Shown here piece after piece: positions 1 through 12,060 of a DNA stretch of 64,000 nt. The position numbers and the translations under genes are program-made. Origin of the DNA: Octopus sinensis (Eukaryota); assembly GCF_006345805.1 (NCBI RefSeq), contig NC_042999.1, forward strand, positions 148,242,001 to 148,306,000. The letters are read 5' to 3'. Every line of letters starts with the position of its first letter. The stretch's first letter is position 1. The notes under the pieces were generated by a model. The model did not search any database. It worked only from the letters and a program-made list of their open reading frames with translations, and was not told where the DNA came from.

Positions 1-1
1 T

Positions 2-160
2 CCCCTATGCAAACGCTTAGATCTATGCACCATAGACATAAATCCGAAATACCAGATTTTCACTCCCTATCAATGCACCGGAAACATTTCAACACGATTC
101 CAATTGAAAAAGGAAAGCATGTTCATTAAAAAATACAAACCGCAGCTAAATATCTCATAA
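2..160 (+). pseudogene. C-terminus of a Penelope-like element ORF (end of GIY-YIG endonuclease), cut by the window edge
   Basis: Manual translation PLCKRLDLCTIDINPKYQIFTPYQCTGNISTRFQLKKESMFIKKYKPQLNIS* aligns with the C-termini of the PLE ORFs at 10599-11417 and 38234-39433. Confidence 0.8.
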
Positions 161-1175
161 TGACACACCAGGAAGATAAAACCCAATTTATTCGCAAAAA
201 ACGACCAGAGGCAACAGATACAAATCGAAAAGTTTAAGTAACAGGCTTACTGTTCGAAACCCCAACTCCAAATTACTATACAATAACACCATACACCTTC
301 TCAAATACCAATTGCTGACGTCACCTCAGACCAAACCAATGAAATTTTTCTCTAGTCAGAACCGGACTCTCAGAAAAAACATAGTGACTTCTTAAGGGAA
401 CCAACCAACAGGAACGCTAGATGACCATCAGGCAAAAACAAGTTACCAAGTCCCTACCAAGAATTCAACTAGTCAAAACACTGAACTTTGCTAAAGCAAA
501 AATATTTAGTCGAAAACGGAAAATATTTTTGATCAAAATAAAGTGATGTCACGAAATTTACAACTAATCAGAACTTGTTCCTTGACTGTGCTCAGCTAAG
601 AGTGGACATCACCAGGAATCCAACCAACCAAACCAATAGATTTTACCAAGACAAAAATATTTTGACCAAAACATCCACGAGAAAAACAAAAAGACGTCAT
701 CAAAATTATAACCAATCAAAAATTGGCTCCTTTTCCGTAAAAACATATATATACTAAAAGATTTGAACTTACATTTCGAACTCCAAGCAACTGAGGGGAG
801 TAGACCAGTGCATTGAGATTGAAACAAAAAAAGGAACTACACGCACCACGACAGAATTTGTAAAAACTAACTTTTTTCATTCTCTCCACCTTTTTCTCTT
901 TCTTCGCCACTTTTTTTAAAAATAAAAACTCAATATGGCTAAACTTTCAATAGTGTGAATTTGTTATGATCTTCACTGAAAATTTACGTTGATATTATTA
1001 TCTATCCCTGTGGAGCTCACTGAAATTTCTGTGAACATTTGAACATTTGATCGTTCAAATATTTTTTTTCTATATTTACCTTGTAAATTTAAACTTTCAG
1101 AAACTTATATTTGTACCATTGATGAGCAAAAAATAGTCGACACCGGTTTGGTATTTGAATAAACCTTTTTCAAAA
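161..1175 (+). mobile_element. 3' UTR / pseudo-LTR of the Penelope-like element
   Basis: Follows the PLE stop codon, carries three CRE-N11-CCAAT modules, and ends in a hammerhead-like motif followed by AATAAA (~1158). Confidence 0.6.
1114..1153 (+). ncRNA. Minimal type-I hammerhead-ribozyme-like motif, degenerate
   Basis: TACCA-TTGATGA-stem II-GACA-C-CG-G-TT-TGGTA; stem I TACCA/TGGTA, ACCGGT palindrome in stem III, GAAA altered to GACA. Confidence 0.5.
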
Positions 1176-1285
1176 TTTAAAAACGACTATACGTCTTAGG
1201 ATTCAGGTGCATTTCCAAACATCAAAACAAATTCTTCTATATTTTTCCTGCATAGAAATACACTTCTTTCCATCTATTCTGAGAT

Positions 1286-1346
<61 letters not shown>

Positions 1347-3043
1347 TATATATATTATATATATATATATATATATAATATATAAAAGGAAATAGAGCTA
1401 AATCAATTAATAATTATTTATTAAACTTTAGATGGTTTAAGTTGCTTTTGTGGTATTTTTTGTACCAAATAATTGAACTACCGAGAAGGTTTATGTGTAG
1501 CATGGCAATCTGTTTCCGATTAACATAGGAACGGAAAATCAAATTGAAGGCTGGTTATTGTGGAGGCCGTTGCACTTTGATTATCATAGAACATATAAGT
1601 TTGCAAGCGATGTAAAGTAGAGCTACTGAAGTGTTTTGGGAATAGATTACGGATAATGACTACAAAATATAGTTGTTTTATATGAAGGCGAAATTTATTG
1701 TCAGAAGCAGCCACATAAATGGTGGAAGGAAATTGAAGGAAAATGTTGAAACTTCCCCTCAGAAAAGGGAGCTATTTTTTCGGAGAGAAAAACTAACAAA
1801 AGCCCCTTTATTCTATTTTCCCACATAGCGTGCACATAAACTAACAGCGAATGCTGCATAAAATTAAATTGTTATGAACTTTCCTGAAAGATACGTATAG
1901 CTTTCGCTAGTGGAAGCAAAACTCTTAAAAGGTTGATTCTTTGAGACGAATCATATGTGACTGTTTAAAAAAGGCTAAAATGACAATGCTAAAACCTATT
2001 TGAAACAATGGACAGCAGTCGAAATATCATAATGGCTGGGTGAAGAAGCATCCTTAAAGTGAAACAACGGTATCAAAGGTAAAAAAAAAAAAGGTATCAA
2101 CAATCAGAAGAGACGGAAGGGAATATCACCTTTCAAGTAACTCAGAATAGGTAAAGGTAAGCTTGCCAAAGTTTAATGCAGTTTCAATATGGAGATTAAG
2201 ATAGTTTCGTATTGGATATTCATCACGTATAGTTTTCCTAATCAACTGAATTACCGTCGTAAATGGACAACAGAAATAAGTAGACGAAATCCTTTCACTT
2301 TTATAAAAAGATTAAAAAGAAAATTAGGGCAAAAAGCACTCGTTTTTTCACAATGAAAAATCGTTTCCTAGTAGCCGGAATTTCACGACAAAATGTATGT
2401 TTATTAAGCACAACAGCCTGCAGTGCATGCCACTGGGCATTAAAAGCCAATTGCACAAACCTAGAGGGGTTCTGGGCCCCCTTGAATCGATAAAAAAATC
2501 ACTCTTTTTGCCATAGCAACCACATATTTATAGCTTGCGAATTTTAACCATCGCGGGTCTCATCCTCACCATGCATTTAGTAACCCTGCCAATTTTCAGC
2601 TCGATCCTAGCCTCGGTTTGGCCGCCATTAACCGTCAAAGTAAAATGTGCACACAATTTTCGTCCAAGGACTGTTTTATAGATATAGATTACAAAAATGG
2701 ACTGATACGCTCTGTACACTTAACACATAAAAATATGAAAATGCAATGGTATGTCTTTTTCTACCTCCTACGAGATTCAACTTTATAATGTTTTAATTAT
2801 TCTAATTAATATCTAAATATTGAATTGAAACAGCTGTCAGAGATTATGCTTATTTTTGTAATTAATAAATAATTATTAATTGATTTTGCTCTATTTTCTT
2901 ATTTTTCTTAAATAATATATAAACATCAATTTATCTAGATTACCATATGGTTGAATATTAAATATAATATTCAATATTAATAATAGGTGATAAATTCATT
3001 GGATTTTAATATCCCTTGATAAGGTATTTAACGCTTTATTATC

Positions 3044-3129
<86 letters not shown>

Positions 3130-3844
3130 TATATATATATTAGATAATAACACGTATGGTATACACCCTGTAGCTAACCGGTAAAGTATGTTCACTTACA
3201 GTGTTCGTTGTGTATTTGGTTAATGAGAGAGACGGAAAATGGAAGATACAAGAACTTTTATTAATCACTACAATTGTTTCGACCCATGTAGCATTGATCC
3301 CTCATGGATGGGAAACTTAACAACTTGTTTAAAAGCATCTGTCGGTGTAAATGTGTCTCTTCGGGTGATAATTAGATATAACTTGTTAAAATAACGACTG
3401 TTCCGCAAGGTATCTTCTCGGTTCGTGTAAAGAAAAGCTGCAAGTTAAAGGATATAGCTTCATTTATATAGGAGATCGATAATAAAAAATAACAAATGCA
3501 AAAATGGCACGAATACACATACAGCGAAAAAGTATTAACTATAACTAAAACTGGATATGGATGTATAAACGCCCTCGCGTGTGTTGTATGTACACACGGG
3601 CATTCAAACATCCACGAAGATACAAGCATATGCACACGAGTGGTTTGGCGCACATGCGTTCGCATAACGAATTAAATGGTTACTTAGTGTTTATAAGAAT
3701 GGGACGGTCAGAGCTAAAATTAATTCATCTATACCTTAAGGTGAATTATAACTATTACTTAGGGTAACGGTTACTCAGATTCATTCCAACTGCATTGTAC
3801 GAAAGTACATTTATATGCATGTAAGCATCTTGAGTGTCTTACAG

Positions 3845-4928
3845 TTTTGACCTGGCTTGCAAAAGTTATGTCCCCCAAATTATTCTGTAAACTACGAAAC
3901 AAATGGTAGTCCGAAGGAGCAAGGTCGGGAGAATAAGTTGGATGAGGAGTTTTTTCCCAACCAAGCTCTTCGATCTTCTGTGATGTGATCTTTGCAGTGT
4001 GGGGTCGCGCATTGTCCTGATGAAACATCACTCCTTTTCGATTCACTAAAGCGGCACTTTTTTGTTCAAAGCTTGGTTCAAACGCTCTAATTGCTGACAG
4101 TAGACTTGAGCATTGATTGTTGCATTAGTTGGTAATAATTCAAAGTGCATTACTCCTTTGCAATCCCACCAGAGAGAGATAGAGAAGAACCTTTTTCCCA
4201 TGAAGTTCCCTTTTCGCTTGTGGTTGAGCTTTTTTCCCTTTTACCAAGCTACTGTTTACGACGTTTAACATTTCGATAGAAGATCCATTTTTCGTCACCA
4301 GTCACAAGTCTCTCCAAAAAGGGTGAAATGAGCTCGCGAGAGTGTAGAGAAGAGCAGATGTCAACTCGGGTTTTGCGGTTGCTTTCGGACAATTCATGAG
4401 GCACCCATTTTCTAAGTTTAGGAAACTTTCCAAGTTGTTGAAGATGATGATGAACAGTTGTATGGTTTGAACTAAGCTTTATTGCCAATTCTTCAACTGA
4501 TAATGCAGGATTTTCTTCAAGTAATGCCTCAAGAAGCTTATCATCAAACTCAACTGGACGTCCTGTTCGATCTTCATCTTCAAAGCTGAAATCTTCACTT
4601 CTGAATTTTGCAACACATCTTCTGCAAGTTCTTTCATTCAAGCATTATTTCCCATAAATTGAGTATATGTCTTGAGTCGCTTCGGCTGCAGAGTTTCCTT
4701 TTTTGTACTCATAAAGCATTATGTGCCTCAAATTCTCTTTGGATACTTTCATATTAGAAAGGGTTTTAATCAAAGAAATTTTAATTCTATTATTTTGTAA
4801 AATGATATTTAATTAGTTTGAACGTACACAAATGCATAAAAATAATTTTTAATTCCATTAGACATTCTAAAATTTCATTCAATTTTAAAAAAGGTAAAAT
4901 CGGACAGAACTTATAGGATGGCCTGATA
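3845..4928 (-). mobile_element. Mariner (DD34D) transposon, disrupted and 3'-truncated
   Basis: ORFs 4249-4641 and 3771-4046 carry VPHELS, VTGDEKW, HQDNARPH and YSPDLAPSDYHLFRSL; a TIR-like end lies near 4928; no matching second TIR seen. Confidence 0.9.
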
Positions 4929-5412
4929 ATATAAATAGTCAGATACGGATATAAAACCGAGGGTAATCCCATAAACCGGCCTTATCTAACTTATATATAT
5001 CTGGTCATTTTATTTATTATATATATATATATATATAAAATACAAAATGGGACAAGAACGCAAAACATCCAAATAGACGATACAAAAAACACGGACGGGT
5101 CATTCGAAGCCTTTAATCTTCAGTCAAGAACCGGATCATCCTTACAATTTCGGCTGATTAATCTTCAGATTGCTCCAATCTGGCCAGCCCCAAGGAAAAC
5201 TAAGCTAAGAATGGTCATTTCATTATTATTAACGAGGTATAGGAAGAAAGATAGCTTCAAGCAATCCGTAGTAAATATAAAAAATAACTTCCAGGGACAG
5301 TGGTGGTTTATTGAGATGGAAGGTTGTGGATTTTTTCGTATCGAAGAACGATAAGTCGAAAAAAGTTCTTTTTATATTCCATAGTAGGTGACCGGGGTTG
5401 CCGGGTATGCAC

Positions 5413-5495
5413 ATTCTTCTTCTTCTTTTTCTTCTTCTTCTTTTCTTCTTCTTCTTCTTCTTCTTCTTCTTCTTCTTCTTCTTCTTCTTCTTCTT

Positions 5496-5526
<31 letters not shown>

Positions 5527-5587
5527 TTATTATTATTATATTATTATTATTATTTTATTATTATATTATTATATTATTATTATTATT
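5413..5587. repeat. Compound (TTC)n-(TAT)n microsatellite
   Basis: Directly visible; source of the spurious poly-S/L/F ORFs at 5324-5663. Confidence 0.95.
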
Positions 5588-8500
5588 CAGTAGTTTTATT
5601 TTTATAGCGTGCTTTCACTTCACTACCGAGCGCAGCTCTGTGTGCCTTAGGTATGTGCTGTGATTTGTTGTGATGCTCTGATGGTTATTGTATGGAAAGT
5701 GTTCTGCGTAGGATGCGTGCAGTGCCTAGTAGTGCAATTTTCTGTATGTTATATGTGTTTGTAAGTCCTGGTGTTTTTGTTATGTATTTGTCTGAATATT
5801 TTTTTATCATGCCTAATGCACCTACTATTTTTAGATTCCACATTCTGGTTACCTCTATTTCCAGGTCTTTGTATTTTGAAAGTTTCTCCATTTCTTTTAG
5901 AGACACGTTGTCATCTGCCGGTATTGGTACATCAATTAGAAAGCATTTTTTTTCTTCATGATCTCTGACAACTATATCTGCTCTGTTGGCCTTAATTTCT
6001 CTATCTGTGTGTATCGGCATATCCCAGAGTATGGTTGCTTTCTCGTTTTCTGTGACCTTTTCTGGTGTGTGCCTATACCATCTTTTTTCTGTTGTTATCC
6101 ATAATGTTGGCATAGCTTCCAGTGTATGTAGGTTCCAACTCTGTTATGTCTGTGAATATATTCCTTCTTAGCCAGGACTGGGCAGCCAGAGATAATATGA
6201 TTTATTGTTTCTTGTCCATCTCCACATATTCTGCAGTTACTTGTTATATTTCTTTTCATTACATGTTTTTGGTAATTTCTGGTGGGGAGGCTTTGGTCTT
6301 GTGCTGCAATTAAAAATCCCTCTGTCTCTGCTTTGAGTCCTGAGCTTCTCAACCATTGCTGGGATTTTTCTTTGTCTATTTCTTTTGCGTTTAGTTTAGT
6401 CCAGTATTTACCATGAAGGGGCTTTTCTTGCCATCGTTTTATCATGGTTCGTTGCTGTTCTATTTTTAGTTTGGATTTCATTTGTTTTATAGCTTTTGTT
6501 GTTTCTTCATCTTCTTCTTCTTCTTCTTCTTTATATTTATTAGGTGGTATGATTTCTTGTTTGTATTTGTCAGCTTCCTTAAATACTGAGAACAGTTTTT
6601 TGTTTTGCTCGTGTTTTGCCGCTATTTGTATCAGTTTTCCTTCCTTCTGAAGTAGATATTTTTACAGTCCTATGGTGGTTATTTTATAGTCGTTTTCCAG
6701 CTGTATAAGGCCTCTACCACCTTCTATACGTTGTATATATAGTCTTTCTATGTCAGATTTTGGGTGATGCATCCTAGATCCTGTCATTATTTTTCTTGTT
6801 TTCCTATCTATTTTGGACAGTTCATTTAGTGTCCAGTTAAGGATATTGTAGCTGTAACTTATAACTGGGACAGCTAAAGTGTTAATACCTATTATCTTGT
6901 TTTTAGCATTGAGCTCTGTTTTTAGTATTGATCTAACTCGTCTATAATATTCTTTTTTCATTTTCTCTTTCATTTGTGTGTGTTGTGTCTTATCTAGTTC
7001 ATGGATTCCTAAGTATTTGTAAGTTTGGCTTTGGTCTAGTTCTTTTATTTCATTGGTTTTAGCTAGTGTGATGTTGCTACTCTTAACTAGTTTTCCTCTT
7101 TTCATGGTTACTTTGGCGCATTTTTCTAATCCAAATTTCATATCTATTTCTTTGGTAAATCCATGAACTGTCTTTAATAGTGTTTCCAGCTGTTTGTCAT
7201 TTGCAGCGTATAGTTTTAGGTCATCCATATATAAAAGGTGGCTGATCGTTTCGCCGTAACATTATTTCCGCATCCAGTTCTATTTAGCATATCAGATAGA
7301 GGTGACAGTGCCAAGCAGAAAAGGAGTGGAGAGAGCGTGTCTCCCTGGAATATTCCTCTTCTAATGGGGATGGCTTTGGTTTTCATGAGTCCATCTTTTG
7401 TTTGGAGCTGTAGCACTGTTTGCCATTTATTCATAGAGTGCCCTATGAATTTTATAATTGTTGGTGCTACTTTGTTAATGGCTAGTGTTTCGAAGATCCA
7501 TGTGTGGGGAATGCTATCAAACGCCTTTTTGTAGTCGATCCAGGCCATACTGAGGCCTTTCTTCTTTCTGTGGCTGTCTTCAGTTATGGTTTTATTAATC
7601 ATTAGTTGATCTTTACAGCCATATGAGCCTTTGCGGCATCCTTTCTGCTCTTCTGGAAACAGATTGTTTTCGTCCAGGTGCTTGTTCAACCTTTGCGATA
7701 TCACTGCAGTAAATGACTTGAACATTGTAGGGAGACAGGTTATTGGTCTGTAGTTTTCTGGCTTTGCTTTCTCATTTGATTTGGGAATTAAGATGGTTTT
7801 CCCCTTCGTGAGCCATTCAGGCATTGTCTCTGGCTCTGCTAGTATGTTGTTAAAGTTTTCAACCAGCTTTTTGTGCATTCCTGTTAGATATTTCAACCAG
7901 AAGTTGGGGATCTTGTCATGCCCAGGTGCCTTCCAGTTGCTTAGTCTTTGCAGTGCCTGGGTGACCTCTTCAGTTGTTATGGGGGTTCAAAGTTGCTCAG
8001 ATGCTGAGTTTGTTGTTTTGATACTCCTTTTTTTTGGTTGTTCGTTCGCCGACCATATTTCTCTCCAGAATTCTTCCACTTCTTCTGCCGTTGGTGCTGC
8101 AGTGATTTCTATTTTATTTTTGCCAAGTTCTTGGTAGAACTTTTGGGGGTTGGAGTTGAACTTTTTGTTTTGTTCAAAGAAGCGCTGGCGTTTCTCGTAC
8201 CGGCAGATCCTTTGTGCTTTGGCAAGGATATCTTGCTTCAGTTTTTCTTTTATCTCAGGTAAGTCTTTTTCTGTGATGTTATATTTGCGGAGTATTTTTG
8301 TTTTCTTTTTGTTGCTCAGTAGCGTTGATTGTCTACTGATTTCATTAAGAATCGACAGATCTTTTCTCATTTTTTGTATTTTGTTTTGGATGTTATTTAT
8401 CCACAGGGTTTGTTTGGGTGGTGGTACTCCTGTTTGGATGGGTTTGAGTGAGTATCCAGCTTCTTTTGTGGCTGCAGTGGCTGCTGCGTATACTAAGTCA

Positions 8501-9662
8501 TTTAGCTCAGTACTATCGCTTTTTGTTTCAGTGGCTATTAGTTCCGTGACGGCTAGGTTTATGCTGTTTATAATTGGTGTTGTTGTGTCGTCTATTTTGA
8601 TTTTTGGGTGGTATGGTCGGTAGTCCATTTTGAGCTCTGTGGTTTTCAGTTCTTTGATTATTTTACTTTTTATATTATCATAATCATTAGGCTCCCCTTC
8701 GTTGTTTCCAGGTTTTAGATTTGTGTCGCTTTCTTTCTTATTTATATGATTGTTTGCCGTGTTTTGACTTGCTGTTTGTCGTGTATTATTATGCATCCTT
8801 ACGGTCTGGATTTGTTGTTTTTTGTTTACATCGTGTTTGTTGAAAATGTTACGTTTGTCTTCGTGTTTTACTGATTCAGTGTTTATATTATTGGGCATTG
8901 TTGTGTGGCTTCTATCTACATTTTCCTGGTGTATTTTTTCTTTTAGATGTTCTATTTCTATTTCTGATATTTTTTTGCGTTGAGAATGTATCTTCGTACG
9001 TTAGCTAGTTTATTAGGGTTCATTGCTGTATCCAAGTCTATATTTATGTTATTTTCCTTCCATATTGTATATGTATGTGTTGTTGTGTTTTCATTTTTTG
9101 GGTAGAGCACTGCTGTGAAGTATGCGTGTAGGATAAAAATGTATTCCTCACGTGTCCATTTATGTCTTTTGGGTTTTATTTGCGGGAATGAGGAACAACA
9201 TTCGGCCCATTATTTTGACGGTCGTCATTTTCGTAGGGTACCGGTCCGTTCATTTCTGTTGTCACATTGTTTTGCACGTGTAGTTTTTCGTACATTTTGT
9301 GTTGTAAGTTTAAAGTACGTACTTCCCGATTGTTATTCTTGGGTTGAATAATATCGGTGGTATTTAATTTCTTCGTAGTTTTTTTGTACATGGTGTTTGG
9401 GGTCGGGGATGATCTGGTGTTGATGGATCGTAATGTACCACGCATTTTTACATGTGTTGTGTTAGAGGTGGAGATGATATCGAGTTAAAATACATCATTT
9501 CGTTTCGAAAATAGTAATAAATTTCAATGAGTATTACTTACTCGGATATAGTCCAATCCTTTGTTAGTAAATTTTTGACTCCATACGATGTCTTTGTTTT
9601 CGATGTTTGTGGATAGATTTCGGAGCTCTGGTTTATCGTTCTTACATCTTAAACGTCCCCCG

Positions 9663-9663
<1 letters not shown>
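5588..9663 (-). mobile_element. Near full-length R4/Dong-clade non-LTR retrotransposon (RT, CCHC knuckle, restriction-like endonuclease), frameshifted
   Basis: NYRPITCL, AWIDYKKAFDS, GIFQGDTLSPLLF, YMDDLKLY, CRICGDGQETINHIISGC and WD..I.TD...N..DIVV...IDV across ORFs 7987-8898, 7216-7896, 6662-7228, 6095-6481 and 5685-6113; (TAT)n on both flanks. Confidence 0.9.
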
Positions 9664-9720
<57 letters not shown>

Positions 9721-10035
9721 TATTATTATTCTACTGCTTAAACAATCAAAGACAAGAATTCATATCAAACTAGCTGCTGCTAACTACCTAGAACCCAGAA
9801 GAGTGAAAAAGAGAGACAGAGACAGACTGAAAAAAAGAAAATGCCCCTTGCATTTGAAAACTGGAAATATTTTTAAAAAGCATTTCATTTAATGTTTCCA
9901 CAATTTAATTCTTTTTCATGCATTACTCTAAGTTGAAAAAGTTGCTAAGACTGGAACCGGTATTAAAATGTTCATTTTCTACCTTGTCTTATTTTCCTTA
10001 TATATATATCAATGTGTTCCTTTTCAATCTTCTAC

Positions 10036-10109
<74 letters not shown>

Positions 10110-10142
10110 AAGAAAGTTGGTTTGTGAAAGCACGTGGGTGAA

Positions 10143-11693
10143 TATATAGAAAATAGTAGAGTGAAAAAACGACAGAAGGCTTGAATGTTAAAAAATATAT
10201 ATATTTGCATCAGTATGTCTGAAGAATATTAGAAATTTTTTTTTTTTTTCCCTCTTATAATGACATAAATTAAAAGAAATACCGGTCAATACATAAAAGA
10301 GAATTGGAAACGATTCCTAGACGATTGTTTCATTCTCTGGAATGAAAACATAGATAAACTCCTAAAATTTAAAAACCTATTGAACAGCATAAACCCAAAT
10401 ATACAGTTCACAATGGAATACAACCAAAAGGAGCTCCCGTTCTTGGATATACTAATTTAAAAAATTAACCTTAAAATAGAAACAGACATTTTTTACAAAG
10501 CCACAGACGCCAAACAATACCTTCTTTTTAATTCATGCCACCCAAGACACACTAAAACAAACATCCCCTTCAACCTTGCAAGAAGGATATGCACAATAGT
10601 GTCAGAACAAAATACCAGGAACTTTAGACTGCAAGAACTCAAAAACACCCTAATTGACAGACATTACCCAGCTCAACTCATAGAGGATGGGATCAGACGT
10701 GCAACAGAAATCAACATAGAAACTTTAAGAAAAGTTCAACACAACAACACACCTTCCCCGAAAATACTACCTTACATATCTACATACAACCCCAGAAACA
10801 AAGGAGCCTTCACCATCATCACCCAGAATTTACCAATACTTCATAAAAACCCCAAATTAAAGGAAATTCTAAACATACACCAAATCATTAAAAGCTACAA
10901 ACAGCCTAAATCACTTAAAAAGATTCTCACAAAGGCAAAATTGTCTTCTGAAATTACGGATGCAAAAGTAAAAAAATGTGGTAGATCGAACTGTGCAACA
11001 TGCCCTAAACTTCTAGAAGGATCAGAATTCCTCTTTAAAGAGGGACAAAAATTCAAGATCAAATCTAACTTTACTTGTGCCTCTGAAAACATAATTTATG
11101 TCATGAAATGCTCGGGCTGCCACCAAGACTACGTGGGTTCCACGGGACTATCACTCAGGCGTAGATGCACACTGCATCGACAACAGATTGCATTCCCAGA
11201 ATATAGAATGATACCTTTTAGTGAGCACATTGAGAAATGCGCAAAGCAACTACTGCCACAATTTTTAATCTTCCCATTTTACCAATGTGCTTTCGGATCA
11301 TCAACACAAATGAGACTGAACAAGGAAACATTCTTCATTGAAAAGTACAAACCCAGACTCAACCATCCGAACATACTGACACAGAGAAATTCACAAGGGA
11401 AAGGAAAAAAATTTTAAGCGATTATCTCCCTTACACCGGAAGAAATCACTCACTACCTCCCCTTATTTAGAAATCTCCTGAAAATAAACACAACGATAAC
11501 TCCATGCAATATAAACATAACGTCACAAGAAATTTGAAAAGCTACACGCGAAACCGGTATTTCTTTTAATTTATGTCATTATAAGAGGGAAAAAAATTTT
11601 TTTTTTAATTTTCTAATATTCTTCAGACATACTGACGCAAATATATATATTTTTTAACATTCAAGCCTTCTGTCGTTTTTTCACTCTACTATT

Positions 11694-11700
<7 letters not shown>
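10143..11700 (+). mobile_element. 5'-truncated Penelope-like element bounded by an inverted copy of its own 3' end
   Basis: RT motif WKRFLDDCF from ~10305; ORF 10599-11417 with CGRSNCATC and GIY-YIG-type IIYVMKCSGCHQDYVGST; 10143-10286 is the reverse complement of 11553-11700. Confidence 0.9.
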
Positions 11701-11742
<42 letters not shown>

Positions 11743-11808
11743 GGTCCCGGGTTGAGTCGGGGTTAACCACAGTAAATAAGGTACTCAATACATAGCAGAG
11801 TAAATTAA

Positions 11809-11936
11809 TTTATTTTATAGAAGGAGCTTCTACGGGACTAGAACTGTTTCATTCAAAAGAAATCATCAGGACCTTCCTGATGATTTCTTTTGAATGAAAC
11901 AGTTCTAGTCCTGTAGAAGCTCCTTCTATAAAATAA

Positions 11937-11937
<1 letters not shown>
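11809..11937. repeat. 129-bp palindrome (63-bp arms, 3-nt loop, one mismatch) containing a hammerhead fold
   Basis: Arms 11809-11871 and 11875-11937 compared base by base. Confidence 0.95.
11868..11923 (+). ncRNA. Complete type-I hammerhead-ribozyme fold
   Basis: AGGACCTTC-CTGATGA-TTTCTTTTGAAT-GAAA-CAG(TTCTAGTC)CTG-TA-GAAGCTCCT; stem I 8 of 9 bp, GUA triplet, U.U at the base of stem II. Confidence 0.6.
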
Positions 11938-11979
<42 letters not shown>

Positions 11980-12060
11980 AAGGGTAGAAAATTTGGAAAC
12001 ATTTTCATACCAGTGGCTAGCCTGCATAATAAAGTCATAAGGCAGTGTATTTTTATATTA

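Noticed and set aside
2457-2727. Possible DNA-transposon end fragments
   Set aside because: No matching second terminus or TSD found.
5095-5175. Two CTGAAGA...GAA(A) hammerhead-like cores on the minus strand
   Set aside because: No stem I and incomplete stem II; too degenerate to call.
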